From contig CAVSGL010000005.1 in assembly GCA_963727465.1 (NCBI GenBank), forward strand, positions 90,165 through 154,164: a stretch of DNA of 64,000 nucleotides. Reading direction: 5' to 3'. This DNA is from an uncultured Solirubrobacterales bacterium. GTDB lineage: Bacteria > Actinomycetota > Thermoleophilia > Solirubrobacterales > 70-9. Positions 1 to 8,841 of the stretch are shown piece after piece (positions within the stretch are counted from its first letter, which is position 1; every line of letters starts with the position of its first letter). Made by a program: the position numbers and the translations under genes. The notes under the pieces were generated by a model. It saw only the letters and a program-made list of their open reading frames with translations. It did not search any database and was not told where the DNA came from.

Positions 1-1
1 C

Positions 2-187
2 TTCATGATCGTCGTCCAGGACTTCCAGGACCCCTACACGCTCGACCTGCGCAAGCTGCGCAAGTGCTGCGTCGCGGAGATCGTCCCGGACGGACGCCTG
101 ATCCCGTTCTGCGCCTACAACTCGGTCGGCTACCGCGAGCAGGTCCGGCTCGAAGCCTCGCGCGCCACCGCCGCGGCGAACCGGTGA
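2..187 (+). CDS. C-terminal fragment of a radical-SAM-type enzyme (5' end lies outside the window)
   Basis: The frame is open from the window edge. The tail KCCVAEIVPDGRLIPFCAYNSVGYR resembles the Cys-rich C-terminus of a radical SAM family. Stop TGA 185-187 overlaps the GTG of the next gene. Confidence 0.4.
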   Translation, partial: FMIVVQDFQDPYTLDLRKLRKCCVAEIVPDGRLIPFCAYNSVGYREQVRLEASRATAAANR

Positions 188-969
188 ACGACGCGGAGCT
201 GAAGGCGTACTGCGCGGACGCCTACGCGAACCCGGCCGTGCGCTGGCTGCTCGGCGAGGAGCTGCACCCCGGCGGCGCCGCGACCACCCGGCGCACGCTC
301 GAGCTGGCCGGCCTGCGGGCCGGCGAGCGGCTGCTGGACGTCGCCGCCGGGTCCGGCGCCTCGGCGATCCTGGCCGCGCGCGAGCTCGGCGTCGAAGCCC
401 TCGGCGTCGAGTACGGCGAGGGGGCGGTCGAGGCTGCCCGCGCCGATGCGGCGACGGCCGGCCTCGGAGCGTCGGTCGGCTTCCTCCAGGGCGACGCGGA
501 GGGGCTGCCGGTCGAGGACGGTGCCTTCGACGTCGCGCTCTGCGAGTGCTCGCTGTGCACGTTCCCCGACAAGGCGCGCGCCGTGGCGGAGTTCCGGCGC
601 GCCCTGAGGCCCGGCGGCAGGCTCGCCCTTTCCGACGTCGTCGCGGAGACCGGCGCGCTGCCGGCCGTCCTGCGCGGAGCGATGGCGACCGTCGCCTGCG
701 TCGGCGGAGCGCTCCCCCTGCCAGGCTACGAGGAGTTGCTCACGGCGGGCGGGTTCTCGGTCGCGCGGCGCGAGCTGCTGGGCGAAGACGCCGACCTCTT
801 CGCCCGCGGGATCGAAGAGCGCCTGCGCGGAGCGCGCCTGCTCGGCATCGCCCCCCCGGAGGGAGCGTCGCTGGGGATCGAGGAGGCGATCGAGGCGGTA
901 CGGATGGCCCGCCGGGCGATCGCCGACGGCCTGCTGAGCTACGCGATCGTCGTCGCCGAGGCCTCGTAG
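184..969 (+). CDS. class I SAM-dependent methyltransferase
   Basis: Motif I LLDVAAGSGASA and post-motif LRPGGRLALSDV. GTG at 184 overlaps the upstream stop (GTGA). The track start at 64 looks over-extended and Arg-rich. Confidence 0.8.
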   Translation: MNDAELKAYCADAYANPAVRWLLGEELHPGGAATTRRTLELAGLRAGERLLDVAAGSGASAILAARELGVEALGVEYGEGAVEAARADAATAGLGASVGFLQGDAEGLPVEDGAFDVALCECSLCTFPDKARAVAEFRRALRPGGRLALSDVVAETGALPAVLRGAMATVACVGGALPLPGYEELLTAGGFSVARRELLGEDADLFARGIEERLRGARLLGIAPPEGASLGIEEAIEAVRMARRAIADGLLSYAIVVAEAS

Positions 970-1120
970 ATGAGCAGTTCCACGACGACGGACGTGCCGA
1001 TCCGTTCCCAGCCCTGAGTGAGCAGTCCGTGTGGGCGGCGCGCCGACGAGCGCACCCCGCTCGCTCGACGCTAACTGTCTTACATACAAAACAGAGCGAA
1101 ACCTGTAAGCTACAGAGTGC

Positions 1121-1211
1121 GGAGAGCAGAGGCTGCAAGGTCGCGGCACACGCCTGACAAGCGTGAGGTCGGTCCAATCAACCGGCAGGGGTTCGGGTCC
1201 CCCGCTCTCCG
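1121..1211 (+). ncRNA. tRNA-like structured element (non-canonical; not assignable to an amino acid)
   Basis: Acceptor GGAGAGC/GCTCTCC (1121-1127/1204-1210). Hairpin CACGC-CTGACAA-GCGTG (1149-1165). Extra arm 1168-1186. T-arm GGGG-TTCGGGT-CCCC (1188-1202). No convincing D-arm and no encoded CCA. Confidence 0.3.
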
Positions 1212-1313
1212 TCAGCGATCGAGAGTTGGAGCGGGTCCTGGGTGAACGCGCGGCTCCTTGGTATCGTCAAGGGGCTTGTCAGGCGTTTGTGGGTGATTCC
1301 CACCTCTGCATCC

Positions 1314-1341
1314 AGACCCGCTTCGGCGGGTCTTTCTCATT
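1314..1341 (+). terminator. intrinsic-terminator-like hairpin
   Basis: AGACCCGC-TTCG-GCGGGTCT (8-bp stem, UUCG loop) followed by TTCTCATT. Confidence 0.45.
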
Positions 1342-1468
1342 CCAAGCGAGAGCCCCTCGGGGAAGGGCGACGGAGGCGTGCCGCGTGGCGCGGCACCGAG
1401 GTGCGCGCGAAACTGAATAGCTGAGTTTAGGAATCGTCATGTTTATCTCCAACGAAAGGAGGTGAGCG

Positions 1469-1528
1469 ATGTCATTCCGCAAGGTAAGCGCCTCAGCGCC
1501 CGCCCTATCGATCGTGAAGGGCACCTGA
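1469..1528 (+). CDS. 19-codon small ORF (MSFRKVSASAPALSIVKGT) with a strong Shine-Dalgarno; coding status unproven
   Basis: AAAGGAGGTGAGCG precedes the ATG at 1469. AT-rich context. Not in the ORF track because it is below the size cutoff. Confidence 0.15.
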   Translation: MSFRKVSASAPALSIVKGT

Positions 1529-1550
1529 GGTGACGGGCGCCGGCAGCGCG

Positions 1551-2006
1551 TCAGTTGTCGCTGCCGGCCCTGTCCCAGACGTAGAGCTCGACCGCCTCGA
1601 CGGCGAGCTCCATCAGGCGGGGCTGGGAGAGCAGCTCGAGGACCAGCTCGAGGGCGTCGTCTTCGGTGACGCCGGCGTCGACGGCCTCCTCGCCGCGGAA
1701 GCCGGCGGCGAGCTTGAGCGCCTCGCGGCGGTTCTCGCCGAGCGAGCCGAAGGCGCCCATGAGGAAGTCGCGGTTGGGGACCGGCTGGCCGAGCTCCAGC
1801 GAGCCGTGCCAGGCGGCGAGCATCGAGAGATCGTGCTCGTCGAGCTCCGACAGGGCTTTCGCGTAGTGGACCTCGAGCTCGTCGTCGGGGATCTCGTCGA
1901 CCCAGGCGCGAACCGCCTCGCCGAGCAGCTGGCGACGGGCCTCGCGGCCGATCGAGTCGGCGATCGCGCGGATCGCGTCGGCTGGGTCTACGAAGCAGAG
2001 GGCCAT
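1551..2006 (-). CDS. hypothetical acidic protein (151 aa)
   Basis: Clean ORF with GC3-rich codon usage. No motif recognised. Confidence 0.6.
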   Translation of the reverse strand: MALCFVDPADAIRAIADSIGREARRQLLGEAVRAWVDEIPDDELEVHYAKALSELDEHDLSMLAAWHGSLELGQPVPNRDFLMGAFGSLGENRREALKLAAGFRGEEAVDAGVTEDDALELVLELLSQPRLMELAVEAVELYVWDRAGSDN

Positions 2007-2140
2007 ACGGTGCGTTCAATCTAGAGAGGCCTGAGGACGGCAAACCGGCGCGCGAAATCGCGCCATTTGCGGCTTCCCGGGCGGCGCGGCGGGGCGACCG
2101 GGCACGCCGGAGGGCTACCTATGCTGGACCGCTTGCCGAT

Positions 2141-5122
2141 ATGCCGCTGAAGCTGATCCACGGACCCCCGAACTCCGGCCGCGCCGGCCGGATCCAGGCG
2201 CTCTTCCGCGCCGCGCTCGCTCGCGACCCGATCCTCGTCCTGCCGACGCTCGACGACGTCTTCCGCTTCGAGCGCCTGCTCTGCGAGGAAGGGACGGCGC
2301 TCGGCGGCTCGCTGATGACCTTCGGCGACCTCTTCCGCGAGGTCGCGCAGCGCACCGGTGTGCCGGCCGGCGAGGAGCTGACGCCGGCACAGCGCCTCGC
2401 CGCCGTCCGGCTCGCGGTCGAAGAGCAACGCGGCAGGCTCGGCCCGCTGCGCCGCTCCGCCGCCCGCAGCGGCTTTCCCTTCACCTTCACGCGGCTGCTC
2501 GACGAGCTACAGAGCGCCGGCCTGGAGCCGGCGGCGCTGGGCTCGGGGGCGCGGACGCTCGAGTCCTCCGCCTACCTGGGCGACCTGACGGCGCTGTTCG
2601 CCGCCTACGCCGAGGTGCGCGACCGGCTCGGGCGGCGCGACTTGCACGGACTCGCTGCGGCGGCGATCGAGGCGCTGCGAGCCGATCCCGCCGCCTGGCG
2701 GGACCGGCCGGTCTTCCTCTACGAGCCGGGCGAGCTGACCGTCAACCAGCGCCGGCTGCTGGCGGCGCTGGCGGCGGCGGCCGAGGTAACGGTCGCGCTC
2801 TCCTACGGCGAGCGCCACGCGGCGCTCGCCGCGCGCCAGGCGTCGATCGAGGCGCTGCGCGAACTGGCGAGCGCCGAGGAGGTGCTGGACGGCCCGCAGG
2901 AGCTCGAGCCGTTCGCGATCGACCCGCTGCTCGTCCACCTTCAGCGCGAGATCGGCGACCCCGAGCCGCCGCGCCGCCGGCCCGAGGGAGCGCTGACGCT
3001 GCTGCGCTCCGCCGGCGAGCGGGCCGAGGCCGAGGCGATCGGCGCCGAGGTCGCCCGGCTGATCGACGACGGCGCCGACCCCGCCGGCATCGCGATCGCC
3101 GTGCGCGACCCGGTGCGCCGCGGCCCGCTGCTCGGCTCGGTGCTGGAGCAGCACGGCGTCGCGGTCGCGCTGGAGGCGGAGGTGCCGGTCGCCGCCACGT
3201 CGGTCGGCGGCACGCTGATCGCGCTGCTCGAGGCCGAGCTCGGCGCCGGCCGCGCCGCCGATCTGCTGCGCTTCCTGCGCGGCCCCTCCGGCATCCGCCC
3301 GGCGCAGGTCGACTGGTTCGAGCGGGCGGCGCGGCGGCGCCGGGTCCGGAGCGCCGCCGCGGCGCTGGAGCTCTGGGCGGAGCGCCACGAGCGGCTGCCG
3401 GGCGACATCGAGCAGTTGAGAGAGGCCGTCGCGCGGGGTCCCGCCGCGCTGGCCGGCACGGTCGCCCGGCTGGCGATGACGATGGCCGCGCGGCCGCTGC
3501 GCGGCGACGCCGACGGTCCCGCCCCCGAGCAGGGCGACGGCCTCGAGCTGCGCGCCGCGGCGGCGATCGCGACCGCGCTCGGCGACCTCGCCGAGCTGCC
3601 CGAGCTGGCGCCGCCGGCGGCCGAGCTCGTCGTCACCCTGCGCGAGCTCCGCTTCAACGCCTGGAGCGGGCCGGTCGAGGGCCGCGTGCGGATCGCCAGC
3701 CCCTACCGGCTGCGCGCCTCGCGCTTCGAGCACGCCTTCGTCGCCTCGCTCCAGGACGGCGAGTTCCCGCGCCGCGACCGCGGCGAGGACCCGTTCCTCG
3801 CCGAAGCGCAGCGGCTAGCGCTCGGCCTCGACCCGCGTCGCGACCCCGAGGCCGAGGAGCGCTACCTCTTCCACGCCTGCCTCGCCCTGCCGAGCAGGTC
3901 CCTCTTCCTCTCCTACCGCGACAGCGACGAGGACGGCGTCGCCGAGGCCCGCTCGCCGTTCCTCGACGACGTGCGCCGGCTGCTCGACCCGGCGCCGCCC
4001 GGGGACGAGGCGCCCGACCCGGTCGAGGCGGAGCTGACCCTGGTCCGCGACCTGGCGCAGGTCGGCCCGGCGCCGTGGCGGGTCCCGGGCGATGCGGACA
4101 TGGAGCGGGCGCGCGCCGCCGAGCGGGCCAGCCGCGCCCCCGGGCCGCTGACCAACCCGGCGGTGCTCGAGGCGCTCGCCGCGGTCCCCGCCCACGGCGG
4201 CACGACGCTGGAGGGATTCGACGTCTGCTCGTACCGCTGGTTCGTCGCGCACGAGCTCGATCCGCAGCCGCTGGACCCGGTGCCGGACCCGCTCGTCCAG
4301 GGGGGGCTGATGCACGAGGCGCTGGAGCGCCTCTACCGCGAACGCCCCGGCGGCGACCCCCTGCCCCGCGCCGCCTCGCTCGGCGCCTGGATCGATCGGG
4401 CGCGCGAGCTGGTCGCCGAGGTGGCCGGCGAACGCGAGCTGGGCGAGCACCCGGCGGAGCGCGCGATCGTGCGCCGGGTCGAAGGGCTGCTGGCGCGCTT
4501 CCTCGCCGACGAGGCCTCGCGGGCGCCCGGCAGCTTCGAGCCCTGGTTGCTCGAGGCGCGGTTCGGCGCCGAGGAAGGGGCGGAACGGCCGGTGCTCGAG
4601 ATCGACGGCTGGGGGCTGCACGGGGCGATCGACCGGGTGGACAGGGACCCGGCCGGGCGGGCGCTGGTCATCGACTACAAGCTGGCGCGCGCGGTGACGC
4701 CGCTGGCCAAGTTCGAGCAGCAGGCGAAACTTCAGCTTCAGCTCTACCTGATCGCGGTCGCCGAGCACTGGGGCGCCGACCCCGCCGGGGGGCTCTACCA
4801 GCCGCTGCGCGGAACCTCGCGCAGCTCGCGGCGCCCGCGCGGCGCCGTGCGCGAGGACGCGGCGGCCGAGCTCGACGCCTACGGTCTCTACCCCAACGAC
4901 CTGCTCGACCGCGACGGCTTCGAGCGGATGCTCGACGAAGCTCGCCGGCGGGCGGCCGCGATCGTCGCCCGCATGCGCCGCGGCGAGATCCGCCGCGACC
5001 CCGGCCCGCGCCGCGGCCTGCGCGGCCACGACGTCTGTCCCGCCTTCTGCGAGTTCGCGCCGATCTGCCGCCGCGACCGGGCGCCCGCGGAAGCCGAGGA
5101 CGGCGAGTGGGAGGAGCGGTGA
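2141..5122 (+). CDS. addB: AddB-type helicase-nuclease subunit (degenerate P-loop, PD-(D/E)XK nuclease, Fe-S cysteines)
   Basis: N-terminal GPPNSGRAG. C-terminal nuclease ALVIDYKLA. Cys pattern CSYRW ... CPAFCEFAPIC, typical of the AddB 4Fe-4S cluster. Overlaps addA by GTGA. Confidence 0.8.
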   Translation: MPLKLIHGPPNSGRAGRIQALFRAALARDPILVLPTLDDVFRFERLLCEEGTALGGSLMTFGDLFREVAQRTGVPAGEELTPAQRLAAVRLAVEEQRGRLGPLRRSAARSGFPFTFTRLLDELQSAGLEPAALGSGARTLESSAYLGDLTALFAAYAEVRDRLGRRDLHGLAAAAIEALRADPAAWRDRPVFLYEPGELTVNQRRLLAALAAAAEVTVALSYGERHAALAARQASIEALRELASAEEVLDGPQELEPFAIDPLLVHLQREIGDPEPPRRRPEGALTLLRSAGERAEAEAIGAEVARLIDDGADPAGIAIAVRDPVRRGPLLGSVLEQHGVAVALEAEVPVAATSVGGTLIALLEAELGAGRAADLLRFLRGPSGIRPAQVDWFERAARRRRVRSAAAALELWAERHERLPGDIEQLREAVARGPAALAGTVARLAMTMAARPLRGDADGPAPEQGDGLELRAAAAIATALGDLAELPELAPPAAELVVTLRELRFNAWSGPVEGRVRIASPYRLRASRFEHAFVASLQDGEFPRRDRGEDPFLAEAQRLALGLDPRRDPEAEERYLFHACLALPSRSLFLSYRDSDEDGVAEARSPFLDDVRRLLDPAPPGDEAPDPVEAELTLVRDLAQVGPAPWRVPGDADMERARAAERASRAPGPLTNPAVLEALAAVPAHGGTTLEGFDVCSYRWFVAHELDPQPLDPVPDPLVQGGLMHEALERLYRERPGGDPLPRAASLGAWIDRARELVAEVAGERELGEHPAERAIVRRVEGLLARFLADEASRAPGSFEPWLLEARFGAEEGAERPVLEIDGWGLHGAIDRVDRDPAGRALVIDYKLARAVTPLAKFEQQAKLQLQLYLIAVAEHWGADPAGGLYQPLRGTSRSSRRPRGAVREDAAAELDAYGLYPNDLLDRDGFERMLDEARRRAAAIVARMRRGEIRRDPGPRRGLRGHDVCPAFCEFAPICRRDRAPAEAEDGEWEER

Positions 5123-8100
5123 GCACGCGCACGCCGACCCCCGAACAGGCGCAGGCGATCGAGGCCGGCGGCAGGGACGTGCTGGTCGAGGCCGGGGCGG
5201 GAACCGGCAAGACGGGCGTGATGGTCGACCGCTACTGCCGGCTCGTCTGCGAGCGGGAGGTCGCTCCCGACGCCGTGCTCGCCTTCACCTTCACCGACAA
5301 GGCGGCGAGCGAGCTGCGGCAGCGCATCCGCGCGGCCCTGGAGCTGCGGGCGGCGGCCGGCTCGGAGCGCGCCGGCGCGCTGCTGGGCTCGCTCGGCAGC
5401 GCCTGGGTGACGACGATCCACGGCTTCTGTAGCCGCCTGCTCGCGGCCCACCCGGTCGCCGCCGGGATCGACCCGCGCTTCCGCGTGCTCGACGCGCCGG
5501 AGACCGAGCGGGTCGCGCGCGAGGCCTTCGACGACGCCCTCGCCGAGTTCCTCGCCGCCGGGGACGAGGATCGCGAGCGCACGGTCGCCGCCTTCGAGCT
5601 CGGCGGCCTGCGGGCGATCGTCAGCGGCGCGCACGCCGAGCTGCGCAGCCGCGGGGTCGCCGAGCCCCGCCTCCCCCACCCCCCCTCGCCCGATCCCGAC
5701 GCCGCGCTGCGCGAGCTCGCCGCGGTCGCCGAGGAGACGCTGGCGGAGCTGAAACCGGCCAGCTCGAGCCGCCAGCAGGTCGAGCGGGCGCTCGCCGTCC
5801 TCGCCGAACCGGGCGCGCCGGACCTCGACACGCTCGTCGCCCTACAGACCGAGAGCAAGGCGAAGCCGATGGCCGCCTACCGCGAGGCTGTGGCGGCGGC
5901 GATCGCCCGGGTCGCCGAGGCCGGCGAGGGCGGCGAGGTCTACCGCCACCTGACCGAGCTGCTGGCGCTCTTCGACCGGCGCTTCGAGGCGGCCAAGGAG
6001 CGCCGCGCCGGGCTCGACTTCGAGGACCTCCAGCTGCGCGCCGTGCGCCTGCTCGAACGAGAGGAGATCGGCAACGCCTACAGGACGCGCTTCCGCCAGC
6101 TGCTGGTCGACGAGTTCCAGGACACCAACCGGTTGCAGCTGCGGCTGATCGAGGCGCTGCGCGGGCCGCGCACCGAGCTGATGGTCGTCGGCGACGAGCT
6201 CCAGTCGATCTACGGCTTCCGCCACGCCGACCTCGACGTCTTCCGCGAGCAGCGGCGCGCGGTTGAAGCCGGCGGCGACGCCGCCGCGATGGCGCTGAGC
6301 GGCAACTTCCGCTCCCGCCCCGAGGTGGTCGGCGCGGTCAACGCGCTCGGCGCGCAGCTGCTCGGCGAGGACTTCCACCCGCTGCGCGTCGGGGCGCCGC
6401 CGGCGGAGCCGCAGCCGCGCGGCGAGGGCCCCGCGGTCGAGCTGCTGCTCACCGCGCGCGAGGGCTGGGACGACGAGGCGATCGACCTCGCGCCGGCGAC
6501 CGACGCGGACACGCCGCCGAACCACCTGGCCGAGGCGCGCTTCCTCGCCGCGCGGCTGCGGGCGCTCGCCGAGGGCGGCGTCGAGCGCAGCGAGATGGTC
6601 GTCCTGCTGCGCGCCTTCACCCACCTCGACGCCTACGAGGACTCGCTCGAACGGGCCGGCCTCCAGCCCTACACGATCGGCGGCCGCGGCTACTGGTCCC
6701 AGCAGCAGGTCGCCGACGTCTGCGCCCTGCTGGCGACGATCGCCAACCCGCTCGACGACCAGGCGCTGTTCGGGGCGCTCGCCTCGCCCGCCTGCGCCGC
6801 CGCGCCGGACACGCTCTGGCTGCTGCGCGCCGCCGCCGGGCGGCGGCGCCACGTCTGGCCGGCGCTGACCCACCTGAGCGAATCGCGTGGTTCCTCAATG
6901 ACCGATGGGGAGAAGAGGGAACCACGCGACGACGGGCTGGCGGAGCCCGGGCGGCTGGAGCAGATCCCGGCCGGCGAGCGCGAGCTGCTGGGCCGCTTCG
7001 TCGCCACGGTGCAGGGCCTGCGGGCGCGCTCCGGACGCCTCTCGCTGGCCGGGCTGATCGACGCCGCGGTCGGCGGGACCGGCTACGACCTGGCGGTGCT
7101 GATGCGCCCGGCGGGCGAAGCGCGCTTCGCCAACGTGCGCAAGCTGATGCGGCTGGCGGAAGGGTTCGAGGCGCGCGAGGGCCGCGACCTGCGCGGCCTG
7201 CTCGACTTCCTCGCCGCCCACGCCGAGGCCGACGCCGAGGCGGAAGCCGCGAGCGCGATCGAAGGGCGCGACGGGGTGCGGATCATGACCGTGCACAGCG
7301 CCAAGGGGCTCGAGTTCGGCGTCGTCGCGGTGCCCAACCTCTCGCGCCGCCTGCTGGCCGGCTCGCGCCTGCCGGCGCTGACCCTCGGCCACGAGCGCGA
7401 GCCGCGCGTCGGCCTACAGCTTCGCCGCCTCGGCGCCGCCTCGATCGACCTCTACGCGCACCGGGATCTGTGCACGGAGACCCAGGAGCGCGAAGCGGCG
7501 GAGGAGCTGCGCCTCTTCCACGTCGCCGCGACGCGGGCGCGCGAGCGGCTGATCCTCAGCGGCGTCGCGGCGCCGAAGCCGGCCAACGGCGCCAGTCCCG
7601 GCACGCCGGTGCTCGAGCGGATCCTCGCCGGCTTCGAGGTCGACCGCGAGCGCGACTCGGAGGTCGCTGTGCCGGCGCCGCAGCCGCGCGAGGGGCTCGC
7701 GACGAGCTTCGGACAGTCACGGATCGCCGTGCGGGTCAACCTGCCCTCGCCCGAGCGCGCCGCCGAGCTGACCGCGGTCGCGCCGGAGCCGGAGGCCGAG
7801 GCGGCGCCGCGCCCACTCTCGCCGCCCCCGCTCGACCGGCGCCCGCCGGCCGTCCCCAACCGGCCGCTCTCCTACACCGCGCTCGCCGCCTACGAGGAGT
7901 GCGCGTACCGCTTCTTTATGGAGCGCGTCCTCGATCTCGGCGAGCCCGTTCGCTCTTTGTCGCCCTCAGCCCGACAAAGTGCGAACGGGGCCGCTGCCGG
8001 CGATGGCAATTCGCCTGGGACCAGAGACGAAGCCGCTGCCCGCGGCGCGGCCGTCCATGAGCTGCTCGAGTGGAGCGCCGCCAACGGGTGGCGCGAGCCC

Positions 8101-8625
8101 GCTGCGGACGAGGAGGAGCTGCTCGGGCCGGTGCGGGCCTGGCTCGGCTCGGACTTCCTGCGCGAGCGGATCGCCGTCGACGGGGCCGCCTGCCGCACCG
8201 AGGTGCCGCTGCTGCTGCGGGTCGGCGAGGCGACGCTGCGCGGCTCGATCGACCTGCTGGTCGAGCGCGAGGGCGCGCCGCCGCTCGTCGTCGACTACAA
8301 GACCGACCGCCTCGACGGCGCTGCCCCGGCCGAGCGTGCCGCCAAGTACGCGACGCAGCGCTCGATCTACGCCCTGGCGGTCGCCGAGGCGCGCGGCGCG
8401 CCCGCGGTCGAGGTCGCCTACGCCTTCCTCGAGCGGCCCGGCGAGCCCGTGGTCGAGCTGCTCGACGCGGAGGCGATCGAGCGCGGCCGGGAGCGCATCG
8501 CCGCGACGATCTCCCGCATCGCCGCGGGCGAGTTCCCGGTCGCCCCGCCGGAGCGGCGCGGCTGGGACCTCTGCCGCGGCTGCCCGGCGCTCGGAAGGCT
8601 CTGCTCAGGACCCGGTTCGCTCTAG
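5119..8625 (+). CDS. addA: AddA/UvrD-family helicase with C-terminal RecB-type nuclease
   Basis: Walker A GAGTGKTG; DEFQDTN; TVHSAKGLEF; C-terminal LVVDYKTD nuclease motif. Confidence 0.85.
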   Translation: MSTRTPTPEQAQAIEAGGRDVLVEAGAGTGKTGVMVDRYCRLVCEREVAPDAVLAFTFTDKAASELRQRIRAALELRAAAGSERAGALLGSLGSAWVTTIHGFCSRLLAAHPVAAGIDPRFRVLDAPETERVAREAFDDALAEFLAAGDEDRERTVAAFELGGLRAIVSGAHAELRSRGVAEPRLPHPPSPDPDAALRELAAVAEETLAELKPASSSRQQVERALAVLAEPGAPDLDTLVALQTESKAKPMAAYREAVAAAIARVAEAGEGGEVYRHLTELLALFDRRFEAAKERRAGLDFEDLQLRAVRLLEREEIGNAYRTRFRQLLVDEFQDTNRLQLRLIEALRGPRTELMVVGDELQSIYGFRHADLDVFREQRRAVEAGGDAAAMALSGNFRSRPEVVGAVNALGAQLLGEDFHPLRVGAPPAEPQPRGEGPAVELLLTAREGWDDEAIDLAPATDADTPPNHLAEARFLAARLRALAEGGVERSEMVVLLRAFTHLDAYEDSLERAGLQPYTIGGRGYWSQQQVADVCALLATIANPLDDQALFGALASPACAAAPDTLWLLRAAAGRRRHVWPALTHLSESRGSSMTDGEKREPRDDGLAEPGRLEQIPAGERELLGRFVATVQGLRARSGRLSLAGLIDAAVGGTGYDLAVLMRPAGEARFANVRKLMRLAEGFEAREGRDLRGLLDFLAAHAEADAEAEAASAIEGRDGVRIMTVHSAKGLEFGVVAVPNLSRRLLAGSRLPALTLGHEREPRVGLQLRRLGAASIDLYAHRDLCTETQEREAAEELRLFHVAATRARERLILSGVAAPKPANGASPGTPVLERILAGFEVDRERDSEVAVPAPQPREGLATSFGQSRIAVRVNLPSPERAAELTAVAPEPEAEAAPRPLSPPPLDRRPPAVPNRPLSYTALAAYEECAYRFFMERVLDLGEPVRSLSPSARQSANGAAAGDGNSPGTRDEAAARGAAVHELLEWSAANGWREPAADEEELLGPVRAWLGSDFLRERIAVDGAACRTEVPLLLRVGEATLRGSIDLLVEREGAPPLVVDYKTDRLDGAAPAERAAKYATQRSIYALAVAEARGAPAVEVAYAFLERPGEPVVELLDAEAIERGRERIAATISRIAAGEFPVAPPERRGWDLCRGCPALGRLCSGPGSL

Positions 8626-8841
8626 CTTCGCCGCCAGCTCGTCCAGCTTGAGCTCTTCGAGGCCCTCGCTGACCGCGTCGAGCTCGGTCGAGCAGTAGGT
8701 GACCAGCTCGCGCCCCTCGCGGCAGAGCTCGAGCGTTTCGCGCAGGCCCGCGTGGCCGGAGTCGAGCCGGTCGATGATCTGCTCGAGCCGCTCGACGGCG
8801 GCCTCGTAGGACTCAGGCTTCTCGGACGCGGATTCGGCCAT
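8605..8841 (-). CDS. xseB: exodeoxyribonuclease VII small subunit
   Basis: SYEAAVERLEQIIDRLDSG signature. Overlaps the end of xseA. ATG at 8841 preferred over the track start 8865. Confidence 0.85.
   Translation of the reverse strand: MAESASEKPESYEAAVERLEQIIDRLDSGHAGLRETLELCREGRELVTYCSTELDAVSEGLEELKLDELAAKLERTGS

Noticed and set aside
1121-1211. tRNA-Sec, tmRNA, RNase P or SRP RNA identity for the tRNA-like element.
   Set aside because: No UCA anticodon or 8/5 Sec geometry. No tmRNA tag ORF, pseudoknots or permuted order. No RNase P P4 (GGAAAGUCCGG) or SRP (GGAAG.AGCAG) signatures could be found by eye.
6884-6928. The 11-bp inverted repeat inside addA as a significant element on its own.
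   Set aside because: By rough estimate, a perfect 11-bp inverted repeat at short spacing is expected about once by chance in a window this size. It is kept only as a weak companion to the stronger 7944-7990 case.
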